Assembly (NCBI GenBank): GCA_043814095.1
Contig: JBDRKI010000109.1
Location: forward strand, 1-20,167
From: Armatimonadota bacterium
GTDB taxonomy: Bacteria > Vulcanimicrobiota > JACPDS01 > JBDRKI01
DNA: 20,167 bases
Reading direction: 5' to 3'
The position numbers and the translations under genes were made by a program. Position 1 is the first letter of the stretch; every line of letters starts with the position of its first letter. Positions 16,926 through 20,167 of the stretch are shown piece after piece. Below the pieces are notes generated by a model, which was given only the letters and a program-made list of their open reading frames with translations, was not told the DNA's origin and did no database searches.

Positions 16926-18278
16926 TTATATATTTATATGGAAATGATCGCCGGTAGTTGATTTAAATTTTACGATATACTCATTGTAATATGTAAAACT
17001 TCTACCGGTCTGATTCCTGAACTGCTCAATTATCTGAGCTACAACTTTAGATTCCGCCTTTGCTATATATGCGCCGTTTTTACGCACTACAAAATCTATT
17101 GCTCTTCCCGTGCAGTGAGTGGAATCATAATCATACGGCCTTCTCCCGCTGGTTATTATAAGATCATAACCGTATTGATTTAAAACAGAGTATAATTCAG
17201 AAAACAGGTCAGCTGTTTCTTCTTTAATTTTAATTTTGGAACATATATCTGCCCGGGTTACTGTTCCGCGATACATACTGCAGCTGCAGGGTATCTGCCA
17301 GTTATATATATTGCCGTTATAGGTTGAAGTATATGCGGGGTATAATCTTCCCCTGCTCGCAAGCATTGCTCTTTTAAGCGAATATTTTTTTCTTCCCGGT
17401 ATCAGGCTTATTTTCTTATATGCTTTGGCGGGACCGTATTTACAGATTGTTTCATATACCAGTTTCTGCCACCTGTCTTCAAATTCATATTCGGGCTTCT
17501 TTTCAGGGTCTAGATTATCGCATAATATGTCGGTAAAAATTTCAAGATGCCGTTCAGTTATAACATTGGAATTGCAGTGCAGCCCGAATCTTTGATTGAA
17601 AAGTTCAAGAGCGGCTATTGTGGCTTTATCAAATTTATTTGTTTTATCAAGTTCCGCGCCTTTATGGGGCATTTTGCTCATCCAGTCTTTTAAGTAATGC
17701 TTTATTAAGTCAACATAATCCGATTCTTCGCCAAGTTTATATGTTTTGCAGATAGGATGCTTTGAGTTATTAAGATTGGAAATGAGGCTTAATCCCTCAT
17801 CTATTCCCTTGCTGCATACCGCTCTGTATAATATTGCGCCCTGGGCTGATTTTAATCTATAGGGGGAATCTTTTTTATCAAAACTACCCGCTGCTATTTT
17901 TTTAAATGCGGTTAGATGTTCTTCTGTGAGTCTTTCGCCGTCAAAGTTTATATCGTAGCAGGTTGAAAAAACATCCAGGAATTTTAAGGTATTATCGCCG
18001 TATTTAAAAGGGAGTCCGAACATCGCGTAGATTGAGGATGATTCTACCTCAGGGTCGGCAACAGATGCGCCGATTAAATTTTTATAATAGGGGGTTTTGC
18101 TTACCCATCTGTATAAAATTTTATGTATGGTGTAAATTTCTTTAGAATTGTAATTTTTAAGCCTTTTTGGCGACAGAGCGCTGGCTTCAGCAATTAAAGG
18201 ATATTTACTGAAGATCCCGTTTATTACCCGCTTTATTATTGAATTTTTTCCCGTTGCCGGGAACGAGTTAATATACAT
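16926..18278 (-). CDS. M15-type Zn metallopeptidase with two divergent PG-binding-like modules (paralog of 14116-15306)
   Basis: C-terminal IITSGRR, STHCTGRAID and DHFH. It shares PICKTY, LNxYGY, YNEYI and TGDHxH with the paralog. Confidence 0.85.
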   Translation of the reverse strand: MYINSFPATGKNSIIKRVINGIFSKYPLIAEASALSPKRLKNYNSKEIYTIHKILYRWVSKTPYYKNLIGASVADPEVESSSIYAMFGLPFKYGDNTLKFLDVFSTCYDINFDGERLTEEHLTAFKKIAAGSFDKKDSPYRLKSAQGAILYRAVCSKGIDEGLSLISNLNNSKHPICKTYKLGEESDYVDLIKHYLKDWMSKMPHKGAELDKTNKFDKATIAALELFNQRFGLHCNSNVITERHLEIFTDILCDNLDPEKKPEYEFEDRWQKLVYETICKYGPAKAYKKISLIPGRKKYSLKRAMLASRGRLYPAYTSTYNGNIYNWQIPCSCSMYRGTVTRADICSKIKIKEETADLFSELYSVLNQYGYDLIITSGRRPYDYDSTHCTGRAIDFVVRKNGAYIAKAESKVVAQIIEQFRNQTGRSFTYYNEYIVKFKSTTGDHFHINI

Positions 18279-18315
18279 CTTTACACCTTATAAGTATAGA
18301 TCTACTTATATTTAT

Positions 18316-18385
18316 ATTATAATATACAAAGGTTCGAAAGATATTAACAAAAAGTTAACAAGTTGTTAACTTTTTGTTAACTTTT
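18316..18385 (-). promoter_or_regulatory. Second copy of the TATAAT + 4x (G/A)TTAAC phased-box promoter
   Basis: ATTATA at 18316-18321 and hexamers at 18343, 18354, 18365 and 18376. The offset from the -10 to the first box is 27 nt, the same as in the 15336 copy. Confidence 0.75.
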
Positions 18386-18420
18386 ATTAAATATCTTATC
18401 AATGAACATCTTTTTATAAT

Positions 18421-19815
18421 TTACATAAAATCATTGTAAGCTTTAAGTACGTTCGCAACATAGTATTTAGTTTCAAGGGGGAGCTCCATTTTGTCGTATT
18501 TTTTGTGTTTTTTGAATTCCTGTTCCACTTCTGTAGGCCCCCTGTTGTATGCCGCAATGGCCAGCTTTAAGTTGCCGTTGAACCTGTCCAGCATTTTTCT
18601 TAAGTATTTTGAACCGCACATAATATTGGTTTCTATGTCAAAAATTTCACCGCTTTCATATTCTTCAAGATAACCGATGTCTTCTGCCGCTATTTTTGTT
18701 ACCTGCATAAAGCCGCAGGCATCCTGACCGGACACCTCTTTATGTCCGAAACTGGATTCTACGGATATTACGGCTATAATAAGGCCGGGAGGGAGGCTGT
18801 AAAGGGTACTTGCTTTTAAGACAGCCATGAAAAACTCATCAGTGTTAAACCCGTTTTCTCCGGCAGCTTTAAGAATCTGTTCTTTGAAGGGCTTTAATCT
18901 GGAAAACATATCGGCAAGAGTGAAAAACTTTTTTGTTTTCAACTGCAGTTTCTGTTTTGTCGCTTTTTTCTTCCCTGTGAATATAAGCATACCTTTATGC
19001 AGCCCGTGTTTTTCAAGCATTCTGTAAAGCCGGGATTTTTCATAAGAAAGATCTTTCCATGATTTTACAAAAGCGTTAATATGGGCTTTTGTAATGGTAT
19101 GGTTGTCGGAAGTTCTAATTTTCATTAATTTTGAGAATGCCTTTAATGCCATGAGCATATCGGAATCAAAAATATCATTTACTTTTATCTGCGCTTTATC
19201 TGGCAGCCATATATTTAATATGGTTTTTATGGCGGGTATTTCATCGTATTTATCGCCCTGTCGGTATTTTCTTGGAATATCCAGCGTTTCCAAATATCCT
19301 GTCAATCCCATGTCAACTGTTTTTATACCCTGTTCCATTAATATTTTGGGCGCTTTAATTGAAACAAAGATATGGTTTTTATTAGTCTTTTCAAAAGCTT
19401 TTAATCCTTTATGCAGGCCGTGTTTACAGATTAATTGATAAAGTTTTTTTCCGTCTGTTTTTTTATTCTTGTATTTCTTTTTTCGGAAGAAAGAAAGATC
19501 CTGTAAATCTTTAAGTGCTTGAATATGTTCTTGTGTGATTTCATCCATGGCAAACTGTTTTATATTATATATTATTGAAAACGCTTTTAACGCGGCTGAG
19601 GCATCGGCATCAAAATTCTGGTTTGCGGTAAGCTTTGAGCCCGGTGGCAGCCACTTATTCATCAGAATTTTTAAAGCCGTTATTGTTTCGGATTTTTCGC
19701 CGGTTTCAAACCGTAAGGGTTTTAAATTTTGCAGCATAACGCGCATTCTGTCCGGAAGAATAATCCGTCCGCCGGCCTGCCGGCTTTTTTGAATATTGAT
19801 TGATTCATTTTCCAT
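18421..19815 (-). CDS. Lytic transglycosylase (SLT family) with two tandem divergent PG-binding-like modules
   Basis: SLT motifs AVISVESSF (catalytic Glu), ACGFMQV, NIMCGSKYL, AIAAYNRGP and ETKYYVANV. Internal repeat WLP...FD.D...ALKAFS...IT..HI...LY....KHGLHKG. GGAG RBS. Confidence 0.9.
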   Translation of the reverse strand: MENESINIQKSRQAGGRIILPDRMRVMLQNLKPLRFETGEKSETITALKILMNKWLPPGSKLTANQNFDADASAALKAFSIIYNIKQFAMDEITQEHIQALKDLQDLSFFRKKKYKNKKTDGKKLYQLICKHGLHKGLKAFEKTNKNHIFVSIKAPKILMEQGIKTVDMGLTGYLETLDIPRKYRQGDKYDEIPAIKTILNIWLPDKAQIKVNDIFDSDMLMALKAFSKLMKIRTSDNHTITKAHINAFVKSWKDLSYEKSRLYRMLEKHGLHKGMLIFTGKKKATKQKLQLKTKKFFTLADMFSRLKPFKEQILKAAGENGFNTDEFFMAVLKASTLYSLPPGLIIAVISVESSFGHKEVSGQDACGFMQVTKIAAEDIGYLEEYESGEIFDIETNIMCGSKYLRKMLDRFNGNLKLAIAAYNRGPTEVEQEFKKHKKYDKMELPLETKYYVANVLKAYNDFM

Positions 19816-20108
19816 TTTTAGCTCCGTTATTTGTTGGGTTAAAATATCAAAAGTATAATCCTCTATCTTAATTATAAAGGGATATTTAATTGACGGGTAT
19901 CCGTCAAAAGAAGTATTTTAATGTTTTTTTGTAATTATTTCTAAAAAATCTTAAATATAATGAAAAATACGTTTTTGGGGAGCGGTTAACATATTTCATT
20001 GAGGAAACAGGTAAACTGTAATAAAAAGTATATATTTGTTGATTTTTTTATAATATAAGTATAATATATTAAAATAAGTGTTGAAATGTCAAGTAGATAA
20101 GGTAATTT

Positions 20109-20167
20109 ATGGAGAATATAATACTGGCTTCAAAATCACCCCGCAGGGTTGATCTTCTTAAGAAGAT
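20109..20167 (+). CDS. maf: Maf family nucleoside triphosphate pyrophosphatase, N-terminus only (runs off the window)
   Basis: ATG 20109 after AAGG translates as MENIILASKSPRRVDLLKK, matching the Maf N-terminal signature ILASxSPRR. Confidence 0.85.
   Translation, partial: MENIILASKSPRRVDLLKK

Noticed and set aside
13152-19792. Short + strand ORFs opposite the hydrolase genes, as potential immunity or holin genes
   Set aside because: They overlap longer motif-bearing - strand CDSs. Their hydrophobicity is the expected antisense signature of Lys/Glu-rich genes.
12908-19815. Prophage lysis module
   Set aside because: No holin, spanin, structural, integrase or att features are visible, and the genes have individual host-like promoters.

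Overview
AT-rich bacterial chromosomal window, probably from a diderm organism (GT9 heptosyltransferase-like genes and a beta-barrel-like protein), with two convergent blocks. The left block (+ strand, 1-12835) is a surface-polysaccharide/LPS cluster. It holds a WbpA/WbpB/WbpD/WbpE-like pathway for a 2,3-diacetamido-uronic acid sugar, a small outer-membrane-like protein, a second acyltransferase, two GT4s and a duplicated GT2/GT9 series ending in a GT2-GT9 fusion. The WbpA-like dehydrogenase carries a 182-aa mini-intein inserted directly before its catalytic cysteine. A bidirectional terminator at about 12838-12864 separates the blocks. The right block (- strand, 12908-19815) is the most unusual part. 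It encodes four signal-peptide-less peptidoglycan hydrolases (one NlpC/P60, two M15-type Zn peptidases, one lytic transglycosylase) that share an extended, divergent PG-binding-like N-terminal module (7 copies in total), plus an (AE[E/D]AKK)n repeat protein. Both M15 genes are preceded by a near-identical array of four (G/A)TTAAC sites at 11-bp period, matching OmpR-family/WalR-type TGTTAA-N5-TGTTAA boxes, at identical spacing from a TATAAT -10 element. A maf gene begins divergently at the right edge. All calls come from reading motifs by eye; no searches were run.
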